NCBI GenBank assembly: GCA_963204995.1
Contig: CAUJKL010000933.1
Location: 1-56,189, forward strand
Source of the DNA: Planctomycetota bacterium
GTDB lineage: Bacteria; Planctomycetota; Planctomycetia; Pirellulales; Pirellulaceae
Direction: 5' to 3'
DNA length: 56,189 nt
Part shown: positions 46,308-55,152 of the stretch, one piece after another
Layout: the number at the start of each line of letters is the position of its first letter
Position numbering within the stretch: the stretch's first letter is position 1
The notes under the pieces: model-generated
Seen by the model: only the letters and a program-made list of their open reading frames with translations
What the model was told of the DNA's origin: nothing
Database searches by the model: none
Program-made: the position numbers and the translations under genes

Positions 46308-47768
46308 GTGTCGAAACGCGGTTCTAAGAGAGTTAGCCAACGACCTCAGAAGGATCAAGCTCGTGTGAATCCTTCGCGCCGCGCGATGCAGTTCGGAACG
46401 ATCTTGACTGTCGCGATCGTGGCCCTTGGCATGGCTCTGTTGAATTGGCGAACTCCCGGTGCAACACAGGCGATTGGTACGGTCGCTGAAAAGACCGCTG
46501 TAGACGTCCAGATGCCTGCCGTCTCGGTCGCGGAAGTTCTCGGCCTGGCGGAACCGCCGCCACCAAGCTTGGCTGCATTACGACTGGAATCCGTTCAGGC
46601 TTGCCAGCGTTTGGTCAGCGATGCGCCTGACAAACCTGAGTCGTACGCAGTATTGGCGCTGACGTACATGCGTCTTGGCGACTCCGATTCGGCGAAAAAG
46701 ACGTGGGAATCGGCCCTCGACATCAACGCTCGATTCGCGCCCGCATACCTGGGAATTGGGACGATCGCGGCCTCACGAGCCGAAGTCCAATCAGCCTGTG
46801 AGCACTTGTTTCGAGCATTGAAGGAGAATCCTAATCTAACGGAAGCGTATCCGCTGCTGACCGCTCAGCTACTGGCTTGCAACCGCCTCGACGAAGCACT
46901 CGAAGTCGCCAAGCAAGGTCTGAAAAGGTTTCCAGCTTCTAAGGATTGTCACTACTGGTGCGGACAAGTGCATCTCGAACGCCACGAGTATGAAGAGTCG
47001 ATCGCGTGTCACAAGCGGGCCATCGAACTTGCACCAACCTATGCGAACCCGCACTATTCGCTCGCACTTGCAAATATGCGAGCCGGTTTTCGTGATGAAG
47101 CGAAACGGTATCAAGCCAGTTTCTCGGATCTGAGTCGCCAACAAATGCAGGAGGAACGCGAGCAAGGGAGAGCCTACGACGATCTCGATGCTGCCAAACA
47201 GTTTCTTGCCGGCGTTTATCGCTCGCTTGGTGACGTTTACTATTTGAAGCTGGATTCGGCCAGAAAGGCCGAAGCCAACTGGCTCCGTGGAACCGCTGTC
47301 GACCCGACGAATATCACATGTCGCGAAGCCTTACTCGCGTTGTACGAACAACAAAGTCGACTTTCCATCGCATTGACCATGGCGAACGAATTGGTCGCTG
47401 TTGATCCGAACGCGGTTTCCCATCGATTGAAAGTTGGTGACTTACACCAACGGCTCGGACGGATACCAGATGCGATCGCTGCCTACCGCGAGGCGACCCG
47501 GCTGACTCCTGCAACTGCCGAGGCCTACACTCGTTTGGTTGCCCTACTCCTAGCTTCGCCCGATTTACACAACGATACGATTGGCTTGGCTGCAACAGCA
47601 GTATCTTTGTCGCCTTCGGCTTCGAGCTACCTATTGCTGAGCGCTGTCCTTCAAAAGCACAATGACATCGATGGCGCGACCGCCGCAGTGCGGAATGCGA
47701 TCGAGCTGGAACCTGATAATCCGCAACTCCAGAATATCTACAAACAGTTAACACAGAGCGGCTCGTGA
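46308..47768 (+). CDS. membrane-anchored TPR repeat protein
   Basis: N-terminal TM FGTILTVAIVALGMALL, followed by repeated A..Y..LG..Y....D..A...Y..A..L.P TPR units through to the C-terminus. Confidence 0.8.
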   Translation: MSKRGSKRVSQRPQKDQARVNPSRRAMQFGTILTVAIVALGMALLNWRTPGATQAIGTVAEKTAVDVQMPAVSVAEVLGLAEPPPPSLAALRLESVQACQRLVSDAPDKPESYAVLALTYMRLGDSDSAKKTWESALDINARFAPAYLGIGTIAASRAEVQSACEHLFRALKENPNLTEAYPLLTAQLLACNRLDEALEVAKQGLKRFPASKDCHYWCGQVHLERHEYEESIACHKRAIELAPTYANPHYSLALANMRAGFRDEAKRYQASFSDLSRQQMQEEREQGRAYDDLDAAKQFLAGVYRSLGDVYYLKLDSARKAEANWLRGTAVDPTNITCREALLALYEQQSRLSIALTMANELVAVDPNAVSHRLKVGDLHQRLGRIPDAIAAYREATRLTPATAEAYTRLVALLLASPDLHNDTIGLAATAVSLSPSASSYLLLSAVLQKHNDIDGATAAVRNAIELEPDNPQLQNIYKQLTQSGS

Positions 47769-49453
47769 TCGGTATTCGACGACATATGGTTGGCCTCGCG
47801 ACGCTGGCTTCGTTGCTTCTCGGGGCAGATTGCGTGGTACTTCTCGCACAGTCTGGCATCGAATTACTCGACGTGACGAAGAGGTCCGGCATAACATTTC
47901 AGCATTCTGATGGCAGTTATGGGAAGCGGCAAATCATCGAAACTGTCGCCAGTGGGATCGCGACATTCGACTACGATTTGGATGGCGACTTGGACATTTA
48001 TTTTTTGAGTGGTGCTTCCGCGAGCCAATCGGCTGTGTCCGTCTCTGCGACCAATCGTCTTTACCGAAACGACGGAGCGTGGCGATTCTGTGATGTGACC
48101 GATCGGGCTGGCGTGGGAGACTCCGGTCACGGATTGGGTGCCGCGATCGCGGATTTTGATAATGATGGATACCCGGATATCTACCTCGCTAACTTTGGTG
48201 AAAACATTTTATTCCGCAATCATGGCGACGGAACTTTCACGAATATCAGTGATGAAGCGGGTGTCGGCGGAGGCCACAAGCTAAGCGCTGGAGTCTCGTT
48301 CCTGGACGCCGATGTGGACGGAGATCTCGATCTATACGTTGCTAATTACGTTCGTTTCACTGACGGAATGCTGCCGCCTCTTTTCATCGATGGCTTCGCT
48401 CGATATCGCAGTCCGAAGGACTTCGAACCCGAACCGGACATGTACTTCCGAAATAATGGCGATGGGAGTTTTTCCGATGCGACTGTGGAAGCTGGGCTGG
48501 GCGGTTACGCGGGCACAGGCATGGGAACGATCTGTTTTGATTTTGATGAGGATGGAGACAATGATATTGTCGTCCTTAACGATGTGCGTCCCAATTACCT
48601 ATTCTCAAACGACGGCACGGGCCGATTCGAAGAAGTCGGATTATTGTCAGGAACGGCATACAGCCTTGATGGCAAGGCACTTGGGAGCATGGGAGTCGAT
48701 TGTGGCGATTACGATAATGATGGGCATCTCGACCTCTTTCAGACGTCATTCTCTCAAGAACTTCCACTGCTGCTGCGAAATACGGGGGGCGGGCTCTTTG
48801 ACGACGTAACGAGAACGACTGGAGTGGGGCGCCAACTCTTTCCGCACGTGAATTGGGGAACCTGCTTCGCGGATTTCGATAACGATCAGTGGCTAGATCT
48901 CTTCGTCGCAAATGGGCACCTGCAAGATAATGTCGAGTTATACGATGACACCACGAGTTATCGCACTCCAAATTCCGTGCTGCGCAATAATGGCGACGGC
49001 AGTTTTAGCGATGTTTCAAGACAAGCGGGTGCTGGCCTGTTGACCTTCGGCAGCAGTCGTGGTGCCGCTTGCGAAGATTTCGACGGTGATGGTCGGGTTG
49101 ACGTGGTCGTGCTGAATTCGCGAGAAACACCGACTTTGTTGTGTAATGCATCCAAGTCGACTTGCCGTTGGCTCAAATTGCGACTCGTTGCAATCGAGGG
49201 AAATCGCGATAGCGTAGGAAGTTGCGTATCGATTCGTACTGGTGATCTCACCCAGACACGGTGTGTCCATAGCGGTCGTGGTTATCAAGGTCACTGGGGC
49301 TCGCAATTACATTTCGGGCTTGCTCAGTTTTCGTCAGTTGACGAAGTCTCCGTGACGTGGCCAAGTGGCAGAAATGAAGTGTTCTTCAATGTTCCGGTCG
49401 AACGGAATGTTAAGATCGTGGAAGGACGCGGCCTCTTCGAACTGACGAAGTAA
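47765..49453 (+). CDS. FG-GAP/VCBS repeat protein with C-terminal ASPIC/UnbV domain (CRTAC1 family)
   Basis: Seven D-x-D-x-D-G-x-x-D calcium-loop repeats (DYDLDGDLDIYF, DFDNDGYPDIYL, and others) and the C-terminal RDSVGSCVSIRTGD...GRGYQGHWGSQLHFGL. GTGA overlap with the TPR gene; alternative start ATG 47786. Confidence 0.88.
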   Translation: MIGIRRHMVGLATLASLLLGADCVVLLAQSGIELLDVTKRSGITFQHSDGSYGKRQIIETVASGIATFDYDLDGDLDIYFLSGASASQSAVSVSATNRLYRNDGAWRFCDVTDRAGVGDSGHGLGAAIADFDNDGYPDIYLANFGENILFRNHGDGTFTNISDEAGVGGGHKLSAGVSFLDADVDGDLDLYVANYVRFTDGMLPPLFIDGFARYRSPKDFEPEPDMYFRNNGDGSFSDATVEAGLGGYAGTGMGTICFDFDEDGDNDIVVLNDVRPNYLFSNDGTGRFEEVGLLSGTAYSLDGKALGSMGVDCGDYDNDGHLDLFQTSFSQELPLLLRNTGGGLFDDVTRTTGVGRQLFPHVNWGTCFADFDNDQWLDLFVANGHLQDNVELYDDTTSYRTPNSVLRNNGDGSFSDVSRQAGAGLLTFGSSRGAACEDFDGDGRVDVVVLNSRETPTLLCNASKSTCRWLKLRLVAIEGNRDSVGSCVSIRTGDLTQTRCVHSGRGYQGHWGSQLHFGLAQFSSVDEVSVTWPSGRNEVFFNVPVERNVKIVEGRGLFELTK

Positions 49454-49491
49454 TGCTCCAATGGACCAGTCGAGCTATTGTTGTCGCACAG

Positions 49492-49558
49492 GTAGGACGA
49501 GTCTCCTGGCCCGTCCGGCGCATGAAGGGCCAGGAGACCTGTCCTACGACACTTTTTT
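49492..49558 (+). terminator. hairpin plus T-tract, probable terminator of the ASPIC/UnbV gene
   Basis: GTAGGACGAGTCTCCTGGCCC pairs with GGGCCAGGAGACCTGTCCTAC (21 positions, 2 mismatches); TTTTTT at 49553-58. Confidence 0.6.
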
Positions 49559-49620
49559 GTCCACCGATAAGGCAAGCTGCGGGCTAAATCTTAGAAGAAA
49601 GTCAGCCGTTTTCCTTCGTG

Positions 49621-49669
49621 TTGCAAACGAACAGCCCCTCAGTCGCAGGCACTGCCAAACGACTGAGGG
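49621..49669 (-). terminator. probable terminator of the ECF sigma gene
   Basis: CCCTCAGTCG (49636-45) pairs with CGACTGAGGG (49660-69): a perfect 10-bp stem. On the minus strand it is followed by GCTGTTCGTTTGC. Confidence 0.5.
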
Positions 49670-49698
49670 ACTCGACGGGTTTGCCATTGTAATCGAGC

Positions 49699-50268
49699 CT
49701 AAACGGTCATCGGCTCGACTTCCTTGGCCAGCCGCTTCCGAGCAACGTGCAGACGCCGCTTGATGGTGCCCAGCGGAGCGTCGAACTCGTCACTCATCTC
49801 GATCAACGAGTGGCCTTTGACGTAAAACGCCTCCAGCGTCTCGCGATCGAGCTCGCGCAACCGGCTCAAACCCGCTCGAACTTGCGTGTGCCGCTCGTTT
49901 TGCAGGACAACCGACAAGGGCGTTGCGTACTCGACGCAGTTCGCCTCCATCGTTTCTGGCTCGGTCGGAATGGCCGGTCCCTTTCGCACCATGCGGTTGA
50001 TCGCCATCCGATGCGTGATCGAACGCAACCAGCCCGCGAACCGCTCCGGTTCCCGAAGTTGATCCAGCTTCGTCATCGCTTGTACGAAGACGTCCTGCGT
50101 CAACTCCTGAGCCTCGTTGAAGTTCCGCAGCCGGCGGAGCGAGATCGCGAACACCGTCCGCTCGAACCGCTCGAACAATTGGCCAAAGGCGTGCCGGTCG
50201 CCGCTTTGAGCAGCCAGAACCAGCTGTGAAGTTTGCAGCTCTTCCGTTTCGTTGATTGTGATCGTCAT
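49699..50268 (-). CDS. ECF-type RNA polymerase sigma-70 family factor
   Basis: Region 2: FGQLFERFERTVFAISLRRLRNFNEAQELTQDVFVQA. Region 4: RETLEAFYVKGHSLIEMSDEFDAPLGTIKRRLHVARKRL. Start set at MTITINE (ATG 50268). Confidence 0.9.
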   Translation of the reverse strand: MTITINETEELQTSQLVLAAQSGDRHAFGQLFERFERTVFAISLRRLRNFNEAQELTQDVFVQAMTKLDQLREPERFAGWLRSITHRMAINRMVRKGPAIPTEPETMEANCVEYATPLSVVLQNERHTQVRAGLSRLRELDRETLEAFYVKGHSLIEMSDEFDAPLGTIKRRLHVARKRLAKEVEPMTV

Positions 50269-50451
50269 GATTTTCTCTCTCAAGCTGAGCGTTGCGGGGT
50301 ACGGCAAATAGCCCAAAGCGTCAGGAACGGCAGGCGACGAGAGGCAGATAGACGTTGTGTTCGATGAAAAACACCGGGCTATCGGGCCGCTCGGTCGACA
50401 TCCGACCTGGCTTTCGCGAGTGCAGAACTAGTTGCCGTAAAAGGGCTTAGT

Positions 50452-50739
50452 TCAGGTAGTCCGCGCGAAAGCGGGCGAGCCAATAAATGACTGCGCCGGA
50501 TGCCAACATGGCGCCTCGGCCATGGCGAACATTCTCTGTTCGGCCATGACGGGGCGTTGCTGTTCCGGCTTTATGGATTTCCAGCCGGACAAAAACAACG
50601 CCTGCAGCGCGTGTCCTGAATAGACGCACGAACTTAGTAGGAGATCGAGTCCACGCAGGGAACCGATGCCGGCTACGTTCGTACGATCGTTAAGACCGTT
50701 GACGACGACGCTATTAATGGCATTGATTAAGCTACGCAT
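50452..50739 (-). CDS. possible 95-aa protein, unknown function
   Basis: The ATG at 50739 is preceded by GGGAGG with a 6-nt spacer, the strongest SD in this gene-poor 770-bp stretch. No motif recognised. Confidence 0.35.
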   Translation of the reverse strand: MRSLINAINSVVVNGLNDRTNVAGIGSLRGLDLLLSSCVYSGHALQALFLSGWKSIKPEQQRPVMAEQRMFAMAEAPCWHPAQSFIGSPAFARTT

Positions 50740-51088
50740 CTCAATCCTCCCGGCGCTTGTTCGCGCAATGAGAGAGAACACAAAAATAGAAAACGACGGT
50801 TGGATCGGCCACAAGCCGACGCCAGTCGTATCAAAACTATACCACCGAAGTCCTTTGTCAGCAAATGCTTTCGGGAATGCAGCCCGGGAGGCATTCGCCG
50901 ACTGGACCCACGCTGGTATGGAGACTCAGACGTCTCATCGTCCAGATGGTTCGCATTATTTTTGGAATTTCTTGCAATAACCGACTGGGACGACTCTGTT
51001 CCTACCTCGTAGCCCGAATTTACAATGCCTCTGCTGCCGACGCCTCGGGCGTCCGCTAGAACCGAAGTCCATACCCCGAGACATCTGC

Positions 51089-51550
51089 GTGGAATTCTCT
51101 ACCCGACGGCAACAAACGCCCGGCCCAGATCTTGAGATCAACTGCCCAAAGTGCGGAACATCTAACTCGCCCGCTATATCTTTCGAATTTCGAGACCGGC
51201 TCATCTTGTACTACGTTATCCCATTGTTCGCCGTCACGAATACCTTTGTTAAATGTACAGCCTGTGGTGCGACGCTAAGATCCCAGCTTTCCATTCATGA
51301 ACTGCGAACGCACTCATCGTCTGATATTAGCCAATTCCTGTCTTACGAGATCTCAATCGTCATTAAGCTTCTCGCGATCCTGTCGCTTCTGCTCTTCATC
51401 GCACCCGGCATGGGGTTGGTGCTCGCGATCATCACGGTCATACTCTCGGCCAAGTCAGGCGGGTGGCCTAGAACAGTTGGCATCGTGGCATTGTTTTTGT
51501 CGGGGCTGGTCACGATCGCACTCATCGTACTAATGGTGGTCGGGGAGTGA
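51089..51550 (+). CDS. zinc-ribbon membrane protein, unknown function
   Basis: CPKCG...CTACG zinc-ribbon pair followed by two or three TM helices (IVIKLLAILSLLLFIAPGMGLVLAIITVIL; IVALFLSGLVTIALIVLMVV). GTG start. Confidence 0.55.
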   Translation: MEFSTRRQQTPGPDLEINCPKCGTSNSPAISFEFRDRLILYYVIPLFAVTNTFVKCTACGATLRSQLSIHELRTHSSSDISQFLSYEISIVIKLLAILSLLLFIAPGMGLVLAIITVILSAKSGGWPRTVGIVALFLSGLVTIALIVLMVVGE

Positions 51551-51567
51551 GACAGAGGCAACTCTGC

Positions 51568-54500
51568 CTACTGGGCGCGGTTCGACGCGACCGTCAGCTT
51601 CTTGCCGCGTGTCGCCACGATCGAACCTTCTGCCAATTTGCCGCCGGGCAAGACTATCGCCGCATTTGCCGGCAACACGTCGTTGACCAAATCCATCATG
51701 TGCTGATGGCAGGTCAGGAAGATGATCTGCACGTTGTCAGCTACCTCGGCGAACACGTTGAGGGTTTGCCTGGCGCGTTCGGCATCGAAATTGACGAGCA
51801 CGTCGTCCATCACGATCGGCAGGGGCTCGGTGTCTTGGCAGTAGTGATGAATGTAGGCGAGGCGGATTGCCAGATAGAGTTGCTCACGCGTGCCAGTACT
51901 CAGTTGATGAGGCTCTTTGCGTTTACCGGATTCATCGACCACCAGCAACGTGCCGTGTTCGTCCAGCATGCGCTCGATGCCGGTGTAGCGGCCGAGTGTC
52001 ATTCGCTGGAGAAGTCGCTCGACTTCGGCCAGCATCTTGGGCTGGTGCTCGCGTTCAAACTTCTTGATCGCGTGCTTCATCAATGCTTGTGCCAGTACCA
52101 GCGGTGCCCAGCGGTCAACGGCAGTGGCGAGTTGACTTCGCGTACTTTCCAACCCGATGGCCACATCCGCCGCACGACTGGCTTCGTCCAACTGCATGCG
52201 TCGCTCGTCCAGCAACGTCGCCTTCTTGAACTCGGCATGGAGCTCGGCTTCTACTTTCTTGAGTTCTTGGCTGAGCCGGAACTGTTCCCCGGCGATCGAG
52301 TCGGCGTCAGCTTCCTGCAATTCTAAACTGAATTGTTCTTCGTCTTCGGTGCGACGAATGGCACTGATCTCGCTGGTCGCCTCACGACACACCGAAGTCA
52401 ATTCGGCTCGGCGCTTCGCCGCCAGCGCGACCTGTTCGAATTCGCGTTCGCCCGGCGTGCCAGCGACTGACAGCAATTCGCCGAGTTCTACATCGATCTT
52501 GGCAAGCTGGTCTTGCTTCGCCGTGTGTCGCTTCCGCAGCTTCGTGCAACTGGCCCGAAGTCGCTCGTCATCGCGGTGCGCGACTTTGGCGGCCTCGAGT
52601 TGCGATTGCAACTCCCGCATCGCGACCTCCGGCACAAGGTCGACGAGGGTCGGTGCGAGCTGTTGGCAAAGTGCCTGCACCGTGGAAGTGAACGTCGCGG
52701 TTCCCTTGGTCATATCGCCGATTCGTTTATCGAGATCGGTCGCTTTGTCCCATTCGCTACGAGCCTCGACCAATCCGCCCAAGATCTTCGATGCCAGATG
52801 CACATCCCATTCGCGAGGAAACTTGACTTGATCCAGCAGCGTCTCCCAACGCGTTTGCCAGTCTCGCTGCTCGGAGTCGAACGCCACGAGTCGCTCATCC
52901 AACGAGTGCAAAGCTTCCTGCTTCTGTGGAAGTTGCTCTTCATAAGTGCGCCGTCGCACCACGGCATCGCGAGCGGCATCGTATCGCGTCTTTGCCAATA
53001 CAAGTTGCTGACTGGCAGTCTTCGACGATGTGGGGAACGCTGCCGCGAGTTCTGTTTCGAATTCAGTAACCTTTGCTTGTAACGCCTCGGCTCGGAGAAT
53101 GAGTTGCTTGTGTTTCGAGCGGACTTCCGTCATTTCCTCGAACACCTTCAGCCAATCCAGCATCGCATTTGGCGAGAGAGGAGCGAAGGGACAGCCGGAC
53201 CAGAGAGCCTCCCACTCTGAAATCAGTTGTGCGTGTTGCTGTCGTTGAGTCTCCAATGCCTTTTCCTCCGTCGCAGCCCGCCTGGCCAGACGGTTTAATT
53301 CAAGCTTAAGTTGATCGCAGGTCGCCGCCTGCTCGGCCTTGCCTTGCCGCTCGTCGGCCAACGCGTCCGCTGCCACGACAGCGACTTCGTAGGCTGTGGC
53401 AAGCGCCTGTGGCAGTGGTTTCTCGACGGTGACTCCATCGCTCTTTAGCCAAGTGTTGATCGCCTCGTCATTCGACTTCTTCGGTTCGAGCAGACGCTCC
53501 CGCACCAATTGCCAACCCGTCTCGCGATGGTCGCGCGAAGCGACGAGTTGCTCGCGATCGGGGACTGCCGCGCGGGCATCCAGCAGCGCGAGTTGCTCCT
53601 GCTTCTGTTGTTGTTCTTGCTGGGTCGACTTCAAGCGTCGCTCGGCCTCGGAATTTTCCTTTTCCGCTTGCTTGAATCGCTCGCGAAACTCGGCAACGGT
53701 GGTCGGCAGTGGCAACGGCAACTCAACGCGTTCGTCAAGCTTCGCACGCAGGGGTGCGTTTAACTTCGCGACGAGCGTTTGAAGCATGTCGCTGACGTCG
53801 GTCACTTGATCATGCAACTCGCCCAGCCGCTCTCGATCGCGTTGGTAACTAGACGCTTGTTCAAGGATCGAGGCCAGCCCATCGGGAACGTCATCGACAG
53901 TGGCCTGAGCGAGTTGCTTTTCGAGAGCTTTGATATCGGACATGACGGCTCGACGCTCCGCAGTCGCCTCCGTCTTCTGACTCCGCAGACGTTCGTGTTC
54001 CGCTTCGAGTCGGTCGATCGTCTCGCGCTGTGCGAGTGTCGTGCGAAATCGTTCGAGGTGGTTCTGATCCCAATCTGGAGAGAAGCTGCGAAGTTGCGTG
54101 AGAACTCGCGACTTGATGAGAGCGGATTCCTTCTGCAAATCGGGCACGTCACGACGGAAACCTGCGATCTCTGTAATCTGCTGTGCGAGATTGCGAATCG
54201 CGACTTCATTCGCGAGCAACTCTGGCGCGAGCTGCAGCGCGGTCAACTGCTCGGATTCCTCGGCCAACTCCTCTGCGATCGAGGTAAGTTCAAGAGCGAG
54301 TTCGGTTCGCCGAATCTTTAGTCGCGAGAACTGCTCACCGCCATCGATGGGAAACTTATCCGGCACCGTCAACTGCGCCAATTCGCGGTCGGCATCGCGC
54401 AGTCGCAGCCAGGGTTCAATCGCATCGGCGAGGCGGTCTAGATGCATCTTGCGACTGCGTAGCTGCTCACATTGCTGGCGTTGCGACTCGACAATCGCCG

Positions 54501-55152
54501 CTGCCTCCTTCGCTTCACGAACCAGTTGTTCGAAGTCACGAGGCTTGATCGTTTGGGCCTTGAGTTCTTTGGATTGGTCCTTGATGTCGCCGAGCAACTT
54601 GTGGATCAATTGCTTGCTGCGTCCGCGCGACGTGAAGAGCCCGTCGGCTTCCGATTGCAGTTCCGCTTGAACTCGCTGAAAGTGAGCCAAGCCGCCCAGC
54701 CCGCCGCCATACAAGGCTTCCGTCAAGTTTGCCCGCTTCAGACTCTCGTCCGCTTCCGTCAGCTCGCGCAACGAGAAACCGAACACTTGTTCATAAAGTT
54801 CTTTACTCGCGCCGCCGAGCAGTCCGCTGAGCGCCGCAGCATCGACGTCACGCCCCGCGGGCTCGACTCGGCCCACGACTTCGTTCTTCTTGCCCTTGCG
54901 ACGACGAAAGCGGAGTTGGCCGCCATCGGACATGTCGAAGGCTGCTTCCGCCGCCATCTCGCCGGCATGGTCGTCGAAGACGTATGGATTCTGGAGCGGC
55001 TTGAATCCGAACAACAGTTCGCGGATCAATTGCAGCAATGTCGATTTGCCAGCTTCGTTGGGCCCGAACACGAGCGAGAAGCCCGCGTTAAACTCGAGCG
55101 TCTGTCCGCTAAAAATGCCGAAATGCTCGATATCCAAAGTACGCAGCTTCAT
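51568..55152 (-). CDS. YhaN/SbcC-like AAA ATPase with long coiled coil
   Basis: MKLRTLDIEHFGIF...GPNEAGKST (Walker A), about 900 aa rich in heptads, LSTGTREQLYLAIRLA (signature motif) and PIVMDDVLVNFD (Walker B). ATGA overlap with the upstream nuclease gene. Confidence 0.85.
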   Translation of the reverse strand: MKLRTLDIEHFGIFSGQTLEFNAGFSLVFGPNEAGKSTLLQLIRELLFGFKPLQNPYVFDDHAGEMAAEAAFDMSDGGQLRFRRRKGKKNEVVGRVEPAGRDVDAAALSGLLGGASKELYEQVFGFSLRELTEADESLKRANLTEALYGGGLGGLAHFQRVQAELQSEADGLFTSRGRSKQLIHKLLGDIKDQSKELKAQTIKPRDFEQLVREAKEAAAIVESQRQQCEQLRSRKMHLDRLADAIEPWLRLRDADRELAQLTVPDKFPIDGGEQFSRLKIRRTELALELTSIAEELAEESEQLTALQLAPELLANEVAIRNLAQQITEIAGFRRDVPDLQKESALIKSRVLTQLRSFSPDWDQNHLERFRTTLAQRETIDRLEAEHERLRSQKTEATAERRAVMSDIKALEKQLAQATVDDVPDGLASILEQASSYQRDRERLGELHDQVTDVSDMLQTLVAKLNAPLRAKLDERVELPLPLPTTVAEFRERFKQAEKENSEAERRLKSTQQEQQQKQEQLALLDARAAVPDREQLVASRDHRETGWQLVRERLLEPKKSNDEAINTWLKSDGVTVEKPLPQALATAYEVAVVAADALADERQGKAEQAATCDQLKLELNRLARRAATEEKALETQRQQHAQLISEWEALWSGCPFAPLSPNAMLDWLKVFEEMTEVRSKHKQLILRAEALQAKVTEFETELAAAFPTSSKTASQQLVLAKTRYDAARDAVVRRRTYEEQLPQKQEALHSLDERLVAFDSEQRDWQTRWETLLDQVKFPREWDVHLASKILGGLVEARSEWDKATDLDKRIGDMTKGTATFTSTVQALCQQLAPTLVDLVPEVAMRELQSQLEAAKVAHRDDERLRASCTKLRKRHTAKQDQLAKIDVELGELLSVAGTPGEREFEQVALAAKRRAELTSVCREATSEISAIRRTEDEEQFSLELQEADADSIAGEQFRLSQELKKVEAELHAEFKKATLLDERRMQLDEASRAADVAIGLESTRSQLATAVDRWAPLVLAQALMKHAIKKFEREHQPKMLAEVERLLQRMTLGRYTGIERMLDEHGTLLVVDESGKRKEPHQLSTGTREQLYLAIRLAYIHHYCQDTEPLPIVMDDVLVNFDAERARQTLNVFAEVADNVQIIFLTCHQHMMDLVNDVLPANAAIVLPGGKLAEGSIVATRGKKLTVASNRAQ

